Shown: positions 1 to 8,393 of the stretch, in pieces
How the letters are laid out: every line of letters starts with the position of its first letter
How positions within the stretch are numbered: position 1 is the first letter of the stretch
NCBI GenBank assembly: GCA_049509455.1
Contig: JBEKZX010000015.1
Coordinates: forward strand, 1 to 28,286
Length of the DNA: 28,286 nt
DNA from: Conexivisphaerales archaeon
GTDB taxonomy: Archaea; Thermoproteota; Nitrososphaeria; Conexivisphaerales; DTJL01
Direction: 5' to 3'
Notes under the pieces: generated by a model
Told to the model about the DNA's origin: nothing
Database searches by the model: none
What the model saw: the letters and a program-made list of their open reading frames with translations, nothing else
Translations under genes and position numbers: made by a program

Positions 1-201
1 AGAAACGGATTGCCCTGAAGCGATGGACGTGGCGTTCAAGGACAGGTGCAGCTCGAGGCCCGAGGTCGTGAGGGTGACGCTCGACGTGGACAGGAAACTC
101 GAGCCCGCCCCTGGTGAGACCGGCGCCAACAAGAAGAACGCCAATAAAGTCGCGGCCACTCCGGCTGTCGCGACTCCATGTGCGACCAAGCCGCTGCGCA
201 T
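1..201 (-). CDS. Secreted or membrane-anchored hypothetical protein (runs off the left edge; 5' part only)
   Basis: ATG at 201 directly after an in-frame TAG and a purine-rich tract. Reads MRSGLVAHGVATAGVAATLLAFFLLAPVSPGAGSSFLSTSSVTLTTSGLELHLSLNATSIASGQSVS: a hydrophobic signal/anchor followed by Ser/Thr-rich beta-like sequence. Open to the window edge; not in the ORF track. Confidence 0.7.
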   Translation of the reverse strand, partial: MRSGLVAHGVATAGVAATLLAFFLLAPVSPGAGSSFLSTSSVTLTTSGLELHLSLNATSIASGQSVS

Positions 202-342
202 CTATCTCCCTCCTCCTCTTCCTCCCTATCCGTAAGGACCTATTCAGACTAACGCTTAGTACAGTCTGTTCAAGTCGCGCGTGAGGAGGCCATCGCGATG
301 CAGGCCGGGGTGGAATGATCAGGAGGTCCCATGGTCGACAGA

Positions 343-540
343 CTATTCGGCTTCGCCCAGCGCTGAAGCAGGCTCCACCCTAGGCACGTCCAGGCCGTCG
401 AAGTGCTTGTTGAAGCTGACGATGGAGCCGGCAGCCATTTTCTTGGTCACATAGTATTGCGGCGGGTCATCGAAGGCCCTTTCTATCTTCTCCGCCATCG
501 ATCCGGCAGCTGTAAACGAAACATCCTTCTGTTCTTCTTG
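343..540 (-). pseudogene. C-terminal relic of a PIN-domain (VapC-like) ribonuclease
   Basis: Open frame (stop at 541-543 upstream, ATG at 498) gives MAEKIERAFDDPPQYYVTKKMAAGSIVSFNKHFDGLDVPRVEP..., matching the archaeal PIN C-terminus (LDFDDALQYYVAKK...IVSFDKHFD.LDIPRVEP). The N-terminal half is missing and the SFD Asp is Asn. Confidence 0.7.
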
Positions 541-634
541 TCACAGGAGGGCTAGGCAGGTTCGTCAGACATATATCGAGGCGGCTGGGATCGATTAGGC
601 CTTCGGCCGTTAGGCTCGCCGATGGATGCAGCCT

Positions 635-1342
635 TTAACGCGTAAGGCTCAGAAGGAGCTTAATCCTTGCGAAGATCGGCTCAACGGGGAGGTTGACCTC
701 CACGGTCCCCAGCGTGACCGCGCCTGGGCTATCCCCTAAGGAGGCTCCCGCCAGCGAGCACGCCCACCCTCCCTCCGCCAGCGCCATCTGGTCGACCTCG
801 GAACGCGCCGCAACTAGGTAGCAATGCCTCCCCTTCCTGAGCAACTCCTCCCTCTTCCTCCTCTCCTCCTGGAATCTCTGCTGGCTGAGGTCTAGGAGCA
901 CTGTCAGCTCCCCCAACGTGCTCCGACCCCTCTTCAAGGGGAGCGAGTTCCCCGTCGGGCAGTCCTCTCTCTTCTTTACTCTCGCCAGATGGAGCTTTCT
1001 GGGGCTGTCCCCCTCGGTGAAAAGCTGGAGCGTCTCGGCGACCAGCCCTACGAAGTACATCTCCGCGGCCGCGTTCAAGACCAGCCTGGCCACCTCGTTC
1101 TTGCTTTGGATCCCGACGTACTCCCGCATCCTGACGAGCATGGAGCGGGTCAGCAGAGAGTTGGACTCGACGACGTCCCACTTCTCCAGGAAGAGGGCGT
1201 TGAGGGAGCGCCTAGCCGCCGTGGCGCCCATGTCTCCACCCGTTCCCTGCGTCTCTATCTGGCAGAGCTCGCTCACTTCCTTCTCGAGCGCCATCCTCTC
1301 GAGCGCCCTGGGCGGGTTGCCTGCGACAGTCCTTCGGGACAT
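635..1342 (-). CDS. Hypothetical protein (235 aa), no family recognised
   Basis: Long ORF with G/C-rich third positions; TATA-like CTTAAG at 1368-1373 about 28 nt upstream of the ATG. Confidence 0.6.
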   Translation of the reverse strand: MSRRTVAGNPPRALERMALEKEVSELCQIETQGTGGDMGATAARRSLNALFLEKWDVVESNSLLTRSMLVRMREYVGIQSKNEVARLVLNAAAEMYFVGLVAETLQLFTEGDSPRKLHLARVKKREDCPTGNSLPLKRGRSTLGELTVLLDLSQQRFQEERRKREELLRKGRHCYLVAARSEVDQMALAEGGWACSLAGASLGDSPGAVTLGTVEVNLPVEPIFARIKLLLSLTR

Positions 1343-1367
1343 AGTACGGAATAGAGGTTACCGTGGA

Positions 1368-1373
1368 CTTAAG
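1368..1373 (-). promoter_or_regulatory. TATA-like box for the 635..1342 gene
   Basis: CTTAAG about 28 nt upstream of the start; the same motif and spacing recur at other genes here. Confidence 0.5.
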
Positions 1374-1624
1374 GCGAAAGCCCATCAGGAATTGACTCGG
1401 GGGTCAACTGGATGCGGGGGTAAGCAGCCTCTGACCAGAGAGATCAGGCAGGGGCAAGGAAGATCTCGCATGAAGGGTGATGTGGGCCACTAGGAGAATG
1501 GCGGGCTCGGCCACCTGGTGCTGTCAGGCTGGCTTTTGATGAGAAAAGGGAGGAGCATTGTCTTCCCCGCTGGCCCGCTAAGGCCGCGTGTTTCGGGGTC
1601 CGGAGTCTACCGAAGGGCGTCCTA

Positions 1625-1984
1625 CTAGAGTTCCACGATGCCGCCTTCGGTGTCCTTGATGTAGGCCGTGGAACTCATTTCGTCGACTCCCTGCTTGGGG
1701 CCTCCACCTTGCCGCCTAAACTCCTGGCGGGTAGCTGTGTGCTGTCGATGTCTTCGACTTTGATAGTCCCTACAAGGACCTTAAGTGGGCCCTGCGCGCT
1801 TCGCCAGGCCGACGTTGATGGCGCCCCGGGACTTGAGTGTTCCGTTCTCGTCGTTGGGAACCGTGCATTTCGTGAAACAGTCCATCCCTGAGTATTGACT
1901 GATTGTCCATCCGTACGCCCTGCGGTAGAATCGCTGCGCGCGCCTGACGTCGTCCGATGGTATCTCGAAGCGGACTATGCTCAT
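1625..1984 (-). pseudogene. Frameshifted VOC/glyoxalase-family gene
   Basis: MSIVRFEIPSDDVRRAQRFYRRAYGW...RGAINVGLAKRAGP, then frameshift near 1785, LKVLVGTIKVEDIDST...SLGGKVE, then frameshift near 1700, PKQGVDEMSSTAYIKDTEGGIVEL*. The three segments rebuild a typical roughly 120-aa VOC protein. Confidence 0.8.
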
Positions 1985-2046
1985 GGCAGCGGAGCCTTCT
2001 GTCAAAGAGGTAAATCTGGGACACGCAGAAATCTAACACGTCCCTT

Positions 2047-2976
2047 TTAGGCTGGGACCTCTTCATCGGGCTTCTCCGCCTCGACGTAGATGTGGCGATA
2101 GCGCGGGCTCAGGTTCCTTATCGCTTTCTCGATCTTGTCAACGGCGGCCTCAAGCTCCTCGGTCCTCAGGCCGTCACGGAACTCCACTTCGAGACCCAAG
2201 ACGATATCTTCAGGCCCGAAGTAGATTCCTCTTATGTCCATGACCGACACCACTTCAGGGAACCCCTCCAGCGTCTGCTCAATGTCGGCGATATCCCTTC
2301 TGCCTATCCCCTCACCGATGAGGAGGTCCTTGCTCTCGAAAGCCAGTATCACCCCGTACACGGCAAGGGCTACCCCTATCGCTATGGATGCGGCGGCGTC
2401 GAAGAACCCATCTCCGGTAATGTACGTGAGGAGGACGCCTGCCAAAGCAATCACGACGCCCAGCAGCGCGACGACGTCTTCGAGGAAGGTCGCCATCACC
2501 ACGGGATCCTTTGAGACCCGGAAGAAGTGTCGGATGTTTCTCAGTTTGAGCGCCTGCATCCTTCTGTCGATGTGTCGCCGAGTCACCAAGAGGGCAGCGC
2601 CTTCGATGACCGCGATCGCAGCCAAGGACAGGACGGTCAAGAAGAGGTAGCTCACTTGGGCGGGCCTGCCGATACGAAGGATGCCTTGGCTGATGGAGAA
2701 GGTCGCGGAGACCCCGAAGACCACCAGTGACACCAGAAAGGACCAGAAGAACTGCTCTTTCCCTCTGCCGAAGGGGTGCTTCGCCGATGCCGGCCGGTGG
2801 CTTAGATTGATGCCGGTCAGCAGGAGGACCTGGTTCACGGTGTCGGACAGAGAGTGCACAGCCTCTGCCATCACGGCGCTGCTCCCGCTGAAGTACGCTA
2901 CGAGGAACTTGACGACGGCCACCAGAAGGTTAGCGATGAGGGCGGCCTTGACTGGTCCGGTGGTGCTTTCGGTCAA
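2047..2976 (-). CDS. Cation diffusion facilitator (CDF) family metal transporter
   Basis: N-terminal SSAVMAEAVHSLSD (HxxxD site), HPFGRGKEQF, EDVVALLG, six TM helices and a C-terminal cytoplasmic domain ending HIYVEAE; TTG start; CTTAAG at 3014-3019. Confidence 0.93.
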   Translation of the reverse strand: MTESTTGPVKAALIANLLVAVVKFLVAYFSGSSAVMAEAVHSLSDTVNQVLLLTGINLSHRPASAKHPFGRGKEQFFWSFLVSLVVFGVSATFSISQGILRIGRPAQVSYLFLTVLSLAAIAVIEGAALLVTRRHIDRRMQALKLRNIRHFFRVSKDPVVMATFLEDVVALLGVVIALAGVLLTYITGDGFFDAAASIAIGVALAVYGVILAFESKDLLIGEGIGRRDIADIEQTLEGFPEVVSVMDIRGIYFGPEDIVLGLEVEFRDGLRTEELEAAVDKIEKAIRNLSPRYRHIYVEAEKPDEEVPA

Positions 2977-3252
2977 GTTCAGGTCCGCAACATAGAGCCT
3001 GTCCCCAAGGTGTCTTAAGCTTGCCCACGCATCGGTCTAATCCGAGTAGGCGCAGCGAGGGAAGAATCGCCAAATTATCATTATCCCCCGGCCGGCACAG
3101 AAGAGGCAGCTTCTCGGGACGTCCCTATGCATTCTGCGACCATGACTGGCCTCGTCAACGAGGCTTCCGCGTCTTCCTCGGCCAGTTAGTTATCAAGTTG
3201 ACAACCAAAGGCGAAGGCATAACTATCGGGATGCGGCAACAGGTTGTGACAG

Positions 3253-4155
3253 ATGTCCCTCAGGGTGCTGCGTTTTCCAAAGTCGAGCATCCGCGACGAG
3301 GTGGCGGCCTGCGTTGACGCCTCCATGGCTGAGGCCGTCGGCGACGAGGCATGGCGCGAGCTGAAAAGGGCGCTCCTCGACCTCTACTCCCTCGAGCCAG
3401 GCGACATCGTGTACGACCAGGAGCGGTTCATAGAGTCGGTGGGGGTCCTCCTGGGAAGGCACCCATCGGTGGTCCTCTATCCTCTCGTCTTCACGCAGCT
3501 GAAAGGGGCCTTCCCTGAAGCTCTGAAGGAGGCCGAGTCCATCCAGGACGTCCCCGCCAGGATAGAATCCGTCGACCTCACCCTCCAGGTTCAGCACACC
3601 GTCATGAAGAAGGTGTCTTCAGGCGACCATGTGCTAGTTCTCTGCGATAACCTCGATATGAAGGAGCAGATTGTCAGATGGTTCGGAAAGGGGGCAGGTG
3701 AGGCTGGCGAGATGTTCATCCTAATCACCGGAAACCCCTTCGGCGCCAACACCTCCGGCAGCCTGAACATCAGGGGCCTGGTTGAGCATTCCTACAGGGA
3801 CTCCAGCTACCAGCTGAGCGTCAGGGAGGTCTTTTTCGAGGGCTACGAGTTCAGCCATCTGAAGGCCATAGAGACCTTCATGGGCCTGGCCGAGGAATCC
3901 CTCAAGAAGGGCTTCAAGGGGATAAGGCTGGTGATGGACACGGCCGATTTGCTCAAGTTCGGAGAGGTTGAGGGTGTTTTGAAGCTCGAGGAGGCACTGG
4001 GAGAGAGGCTGCCCTTCAACGCCCTGTTCTTGTGCACCTACGATAGCAGGCAGTTTCAGGACAGGGAGGCGCTGAGGGATGCGCTCGTAGGATGTCACTC
4101 GCTCCTGATACTTCCCGAGGGCGACTCTACTATCAAGGCTGGCGCCCCACCGTGA
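3253..4155 (+). CDS. MEDS-like sensory-domain protein with a small N-terminal helical domain
   Basis: C-terminal about 190 aa: DHVLVLCDN...FILIT...KKGFKGIRLVMDT...LKLEEAL...ALFLCTYDSRQF, the MEDS pattern (H-x-V at the start, G-x-R-x-x-x-D, E-E-x-L, C-x-Y-D). Confidence 0.75.
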   Translation: MSLRVLRFPKSSIRDEVAACVDASMAEAVGDEAWRELKRALLDLYSLEPGDIVYDQERFIESVGVLLGRHPSVVLYPLVFTQLKGAFPEALKEAESIQDVPARIESVDLTLQVQHTVMKKVSSGDHVLVLCDNLDMKEQIVRWFGKGAGEAGEMFILITGNPFGANTSGSLNIRGLVEHSYRDSSYQLSVREVFFEGYEFSHLKAIETFMGLAEESLKKGFKGIRLVMDTADLLKFGEVEGVLKLEEALGERLPFNALFLCTYDSRQFQDREALRDALVGCHSLLILPEGDSTIKAGAPP

Positions 4156-4226
4156 GAGGTCCGCAGGTCGCCCTTCTAGCCCTCTTCACAATCTCTTCGA
4201 ACAGAACACGTCCTTAGGACATAGTC

Positions 4227-4256
4227 GAAGGGCGGGGGAACCCGGACCCCGCCTTC
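4227..4256. terminator. GC-rich stem-loop between convergent genes (possible terminator or 3'-end structure)
   Basis: GAAGGGCGGGG...CCCCGCCTTC forms 10 bp with one bulge, between the MEDS stop (4155) and the SpoIIM-fusion stop (4340). No U-tract. Confidence 0.3.
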
Positions 4257-4339
4257 AAGGGACGGGGACTTGAGACGGCTCACTCGAGGTCTTTGAGAAC
4301 GCATGACGCCCTCCTGCAGTCCATGTCTCCCTGGCTGAC

Positions 4340-5899
4340 CTAGCTCCAGCCGGCCATCTTCATGATGACGGGGGTGAGGTTTCCCTCTATCAGGCCAGCC
4401 ACGAGGAAGAGCAACGCCAAGCCCACGACGATGTAGACCGACTGCCTGGCCACCGAATGGAACTCCGCCGTCGCCGTGGGGTCATCGCTCCGGACGGAAC
4501 GGAGGAAGGTCACACCCAGCTTGATCCCGGCCGACCCTGCTAGCACGAAGGACGGCAGCTCGATTATCCCGTGAGGAAGGAGGGCGGCGAGGAGCATGTT
4601 CGTATTGGGGACAAGGCTGGCGACTACGCCGATCAGGACGCCGTTCAGGAAGAGTGTGATGAAGGGTGCCGCCGAGAACCAGACGCCTGACAACGCCGTA
4701 GCTAGGCTCACCTGCCAGTTGTGGAAGAAGATGTAGACGCCGAGGGAGAACGGCAGGCTTTCGCTGACCAGCGGATTGATCTTCCCTGCCGTGTAGCCCA
4801 TCCCGTAGATGAGCTGGGTCACCCCGTTCTGGCCGACGTATAGGCCGGCATACCAGCCCAGGACCATGGCCAGTGCCGACAGCGCATGGAAGGGCAGGTT
4901 TGCGGGGTCCAAGGCGAACCTCTTCAGCTCCCCCAATCCTGTAAGGAACCTCGACCAGAGGGAGCCCAGCATGGGCTTCAGGTCCGAGGAGAAGGGTGGG
5001 AGGAATTCATAGGGAGGAACCTCCGGCCCGTCCAGCTCCTGGAACAGCCTGGTCTTTGACATATGGAGCACCGGCGTCACCAGGATGAGCACGCCCACTG
5101 TCACCAGCGACGATATCGGCAGCCCTCCCTCGGGTATCAACGACGAGGCGGCTGTGAGCGCCCCTGTGAGGAGGACGTAGACGACGCCATAGGTGAGCGT
5201 GACGCCGTAGTTCCTCCGGCTCAGCCTGAGGCTCCTCGAGATGGCCGCCCACCCAGAAAGGTTCTCCGCCACCACGGCCACCGGGGTGTAGACGAGCATG
5301 GAGGAAAGGATGAGAGTGAGCACGGTGGCCACCGACAGGAGGGACACGGCACCTACCAAAGCTGCAACCTCCGTGGATGAAAGCAGGATCGCCGCGGACG
5401 CCGGAACTGCCACTATTAGGGGTCCCAGGGTGACGAGGTACGAGAGGAGGAAGGTCCAAGCCATGGGCCTCCACCTCTCTCTGAACGCCGTCATCACCTC
5501 GGGGATCCCCACATGAGCGCCGTCTAGCGCCTTCCAGTAGGACCCGTATTCTGCCGAGTACACGAAGCCTCCTGCCAGGACCACGACGGCGAGGGTGACA
5601 ACCGCCGCGGGGACAACGAACAGGGCCGCTGTTTCGACGAACAAGCGAGCGGTTAGCAGGGAGCCCAAGGTGGCGTAGTCCGACGCGCCAATGGCGGCCG
5701 CCGCCTCCTTGATCCAGGAGGTCTTCTCCAGGTCGACGACCATTCCCAGGAAGGCCATCCCGAATATTGCCTCTGACAGCACGCTGAGAGACGTGGCCAG
5801 CATGGTCGGCACGGAAAGCGCGGGGCTGGCCCTCCACGACCAGTAGGACTTCGAAAGCATCGTGTCGATAGAAATGGTCTTGCGGTATGGGTAGACCAT
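4340..5899 (-). CDS. Polytopic membrane protein with a C-terminal stage II sporulation protein M (SpoIIM/DUF95) domain
   Basis: C-terminal motifs IFFHNWQVSL, LFLNGVLIG, LLPHGIIELPSFVLAGSAG, LVAGLIEG. N-terminal about 290 aa is a separate multi-TM domain with GWAAISRSLRLSR. Confidence 0.85.
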   Translation of the reverse strand: MVYPYRKTISIDTMLSKSYWSWRASPALSVPTMLATSLSVLSEAIFGMAFLGMVVDLEKTSWIKEAAAAIGASDYATLGSLLTARLFVETAALFVVPAAVVTLAVVVLAGGFVYSAEYGSYWKALDGAHVGIPEVMTAFRERWRPMAWTFLLSYLVTLGPLIVAVPASAAILLSSTEVAALVGAVSLLSVATVLTLILSSMLVYTPVAVVAENLSGWAAISRSLRLSRRNYGVTLTYGVVYVLLTGALTAASSLIPEGGLPISSLVTVGVLILVTPVLHMSKTRLFQELDGPEVPPYEFLPPFSSDLKPMLGSLWSRFLTGLGELKRFALDPANLPFHALSALAMVLGWYAGLYVGQNGVTQLIYGMGYTAGKINPLVSESLPFSLGVYIFFHNWQVSLATALSGVWFSAAPFITLFLNGVLIGVVASLVPNTNMLLAALLPHGIIELPSFVLAGSAGIKLGVTFLRSVRSDDPTATAEFHSVARQSVYIVVGLALLFLVAGLIEGNLTPVIMKMAGWS

Positions 5900-5922
5900 C
5901 GTTACAGGTTGGCTGCAAGCTT

Positions 5923-5930
5923 CTTAAAAG
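5923..5930 (-). promoter_or_regulatory. TATA-like box for the SpoIIM-fusion gene
   Basis: Minus-strand CTTTTAAG about 27 nt upstream of ATG 5899. Confidence 0.5.
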
Positions 5931-6216
5931 CGTTGGACGGAGCAAAGAGCGACGGACATACGGAAAAGCCTCGCAGTCCGCGTCGGGTGAGGAAATAAAG
6001 GGCAGAGACGGGCGGTCGGCAGCCAAGGGCATTACCAGGGTTGGCATCGCTTTCTCGGCGCTACGGAACTGGCTTGGCGGGTCCTTCCCGTCCAGAGGGT
6101 TCGAAGATTGCCCAGGGTCCAGCTAGCTCCTCGCGGTCCCTACCGCGGCGGTCATGACCTTTGTCCCTGCGACTAGTCAGTCGGGGGCGGGGCGGCGCTC
6201 CGACCAGTTTCCTCGG

Positions 6217-6963
6217 CTAAAGCTTCATCCTTCTAAAGGAGATGGTACCCACCGCTAGGACCGCTAGGTCGAAGCCGACGAGCACGGGAAGGTCCACCAA
6301 GAGGCCGAACTTGTATGTCCCCAGCATCAGCCCCCGAATGGCGTCCACCCCGTAGGTCACAGGGTTCCCAAAGGTGACGATGGAGAGCCACGGGGGGAGG
6401 TTGCTGAGGGGGAAGAGCGCGCCCGAGAGGAAGAACAGCGGGAAGGTGACAAAGCTGCTCAGGAGGCCGAAGCCCTCCGGGGACTCCATCATGGAGCCGA
6501 TGATGAGGCCGATGCTCACCAGCCCCACCACCAGCACGAAGAGCACCACGTAGACTAGCGCGAAGCCCAGCCCCGCGGGTATCCCGAATATCGGCGCCAA
6601 CACCAGCATTATAGTCGCTTGTATCACGCCGTCGGTCACCCCTCCCAGGACCTTCCCGAGGAAGGCCGTGCTCCTAGCGATGGGGGCCACCAGGACCTCC
6701 TTCAGGAAGTCCAGCCTCTTGTCCCAGACGACGTAGGCCCCGTAGAAGATGGAGGAGAAGATCACCGTCATGGCGATGATCCCAGGATAGATGAACGTCT
6801 GGTAGTTCACGCTGCCGACGCTGAACTCCGAGCCCAGCCCGCCGCCGAATACGAAGAGCCAGAGGAGCGGGTTGATGGCGGAGGACACTATCCTGGACCT
6901 CTCCCGAAGGTAGATCTTCAGCTCCCTCTCCCAGAGGGCGTAGAGCCCCGATAGCTCGCTCAT
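6217..6963 (-). CDS. ABC-2 type exporter permease (DrrB-like)
   Basis: Six TM helices; LKEVLVAPIAR, FPLFFLSGALFPL, NPVTYGVDAIR motifs; ATGA overlap with the upstream ATPase. Confidence 0.93.
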   Translation of the reverse strand: MSELSGLYALWERELKIYLRERSRIVSSAINPLLWLFVFGGGLGSEFSVGSVNYQTFIYPGIIAMTVIFSSIFYGAYVVWDKRLDFLKEVLVAPIARSTAFLGKVLGGVTDGVIQATIMLVLAPIFGIPAGLGFALVYVVLFVLVVGLVSIGLIIGSMMESPEGFGLLSSFVTFPLFFLSGALFPLSNLPPWLSIVTFGNPVTYGVDAIRGLMLGTYKFGLLVDLPVLVGFDLAVLAVGTISFRRMKL

Positions 6964-7925
6964 CTTCTCTCACTGGCCGTCATGGCCCTCTCCCAGAAGC
7001 CTCCCTCCTCGCCTTCCTCCTTGAACTCCCTTCCCGTGTAATGCATGAAGACGTCGTCTAGCGACGGCGGGTGAAGCTCCACTCCTCCGACCTTCCCGAC
7101 GAGGCTCAGTACCTCCTGGATGTGAGAACGGGCGTCCGTCACAGTCAGGTAGAGGGTCGACCCCTGGGCCTCCACCTTCTTGACGTAGGGGAGAGACTCC
7201 ACCGCCTTCACGTTGGGGCTCTCGATCTCTAGCTTAATGATGTCCCCGCCCAGCGTGCGCTTCAGGTTCTCGGGCGTGTCGAGGACGACTATCTTGCCGT
7301 GGTCTACGATCGCTATCCGGTCGCAGAGCCTGTCCGCTTCATCCATGTAATGCGTGGTGATTATGATCGAGAGCTTCTGCTCCGCCACCAGCTTCTCTAC
7401 ATACTCCCATATGTGCTCCCTCGTCTGAGGGTCCAGCCCGAGGGTGGGCTCGTCTAGGAAGAGGACCTTGGGGCTGTGGAGAAGGCCTCTGGCGATTTCG
7501 AGGCGTCTCCTCATGCCGCCGGAGTAGTGCTTGACGAGGTCGCCCCTCCGGTCCCACAGACCCACGAGGTTGAGGACCTCCTCGATGCGCTTCTTGCGAA
7601 CGTTCGCCGGCACTCCATAGAGGAGGGCGTGGAGCTTCAGGTTCTCATATCCGGTCAGGAGATCGTCAGAGCTGGGCTCTTGGAAGACCATGCCGATGCT
7701 CTTCCGGACCTTGGCGGGTTGCTTCAGGACGTCGAAGCCGTTGATCCTTGCCGTGCCCCCGCTGGGCTTCAACAGTGTGGCCAGCATGTGAAGCGTCGTC
7801 GTCTTCCCGGCACCGTTCGGCCCAAGAAGGCCGAAGACCTCACCTTCTCCGATGGAGAAGCTCACGCCGTCCACCGCCACAAGGTTCCCGAATTCCTTCC
7901 TGAGACCTTCTACTTCAACGATCAA
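6960..7925 (-). CDS. ABC exporter ATP-binding protein (DrrA-like, with C-terminal accessory domain)
   Basis: Walker A GPNGAGKTT, signature YSGGMRRRL, Walker B FLDEPT, H-loop TTHYM, C-terminal PSLDDVF. Confidence 0.95.
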   Translation of the reverse strand: MIVEVEGLRKEFGNLVAVDGVSFSIGEGEVFGLLGPNGAGKTTTLHMLATLLKPSGGTARINGFDVLKQPAKVRKSIGMVFQEPSSDDLLTGYENLKLHALLYGVPANVRKKRIEEVLNLVGLWDRRGDLVKHYSGGMRRRLEIARGLLHSPKVLFLDEPTLGLDPQTREHIWEYVEKLVAEQKLSIIITTHYMDEADRLCDRIAIVDHGKIVVLDTPENLKRTLGGDIIKLEIESPNVKAVESLPYVKKVEAQGSTLYLTVTDARSHIQEVLSLVGKVGGVELHPPSLDDVFMHYTGREFKEEGEEGGFWERAMTASERR

Positions 7926-7952
7926 TAACTATCAGCACGCCGTCCGTGCCGC

Positions 7953-7959
7953 CTTAAAG
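7953..7959 (-). promoter_or_regulatory. TATA-like box for the 6217..7925 ABC operon
   Basis: Minus-strand CTTTAAG about 30 nt upstream of ATG 7925. Confidence 0.5.
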
Positions 7960-7980
7960 ACATTGTTGGGGAGCCGGTCG

Positions 7981-8393
7981 GTGATCATACTGGCCTTGTC
8001 GATCCTCCTGGGCGCCACGATGGCAACAGGGGCTTTCGCGGGTCGTTATCATCCTCCTTTCGATAGCCTTCTTTGGCTTGGCGTGGTCCGGCATCTCCTT
8101 GATCATCGAGCTGCGGACAAACAACGGAGAAACTGTCTTGGGAATCGGGGCCCACCTGCCTCTCCCCCCTCCTCTTCATGAGCACGGCCCTGACGCCCGC
8201 TTCATTCATGTCCAGCCCGATCCAGACCGTCTTCGACTTCAACCCCATCAGTTATACGGTGAACGCCGTGCGGGTGCTCATGTTGAATGGCTACGACTGG
8301 GGGACGATAATCCAGGCCTATGCGGTGATCGCCTCATAGCGGTCCTGACCCTGGTGGACCACATTCTACCTCTTCAGGAAGGTCGTGAGCTAA
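7981..8393 (+). pseudogene. 5'-truncated, multiply frameshifted ABC-2 permease relic
   Basis: Stitched frames read VIILALSILLGATMATG / LSRVVIILLSIAFFGLAWSGISLIIELRTNNGETVLGIGAHLPLP / LLFMSTALTPASFMSSPIQTVFDFNPISYTVNAVRVLMLNGYDWGTIIQAYAVIA / LIAVLTL / WTTFYLFRKVVS*. About four frameshifts; the NPISYTVNAVR motif is diagnostic. Confidence 0.8.

Noticed and set aside
23-235. + strand 70-aa ORF in the track
   Set aside because: Antisense shadow of the minus-strand signal-peptide gene starting at 201.
729-1493. Overlapping ORFs 729..1181, 918..1493 and 989..1354
   Set aside because: Alternative-frame or antisense shadows of 635..1342, typical of GC-rich DNA.
5887-6126. 79-aa + strand ORF in the SpoIIM/ABC gap
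   Set aside because: Its start overlaps the SpoIIM start and promoter, and it has no recognisable motif; not supportable.
1625-8393. Frameshifts as a sign of a generally error-prone assembly
   Set aside because: Long neighbouring genes (up to 3.8 kb) are uninterrupted and the relics also carry truncations and substitutions, so real decay is more likely; read mapping is still needed.
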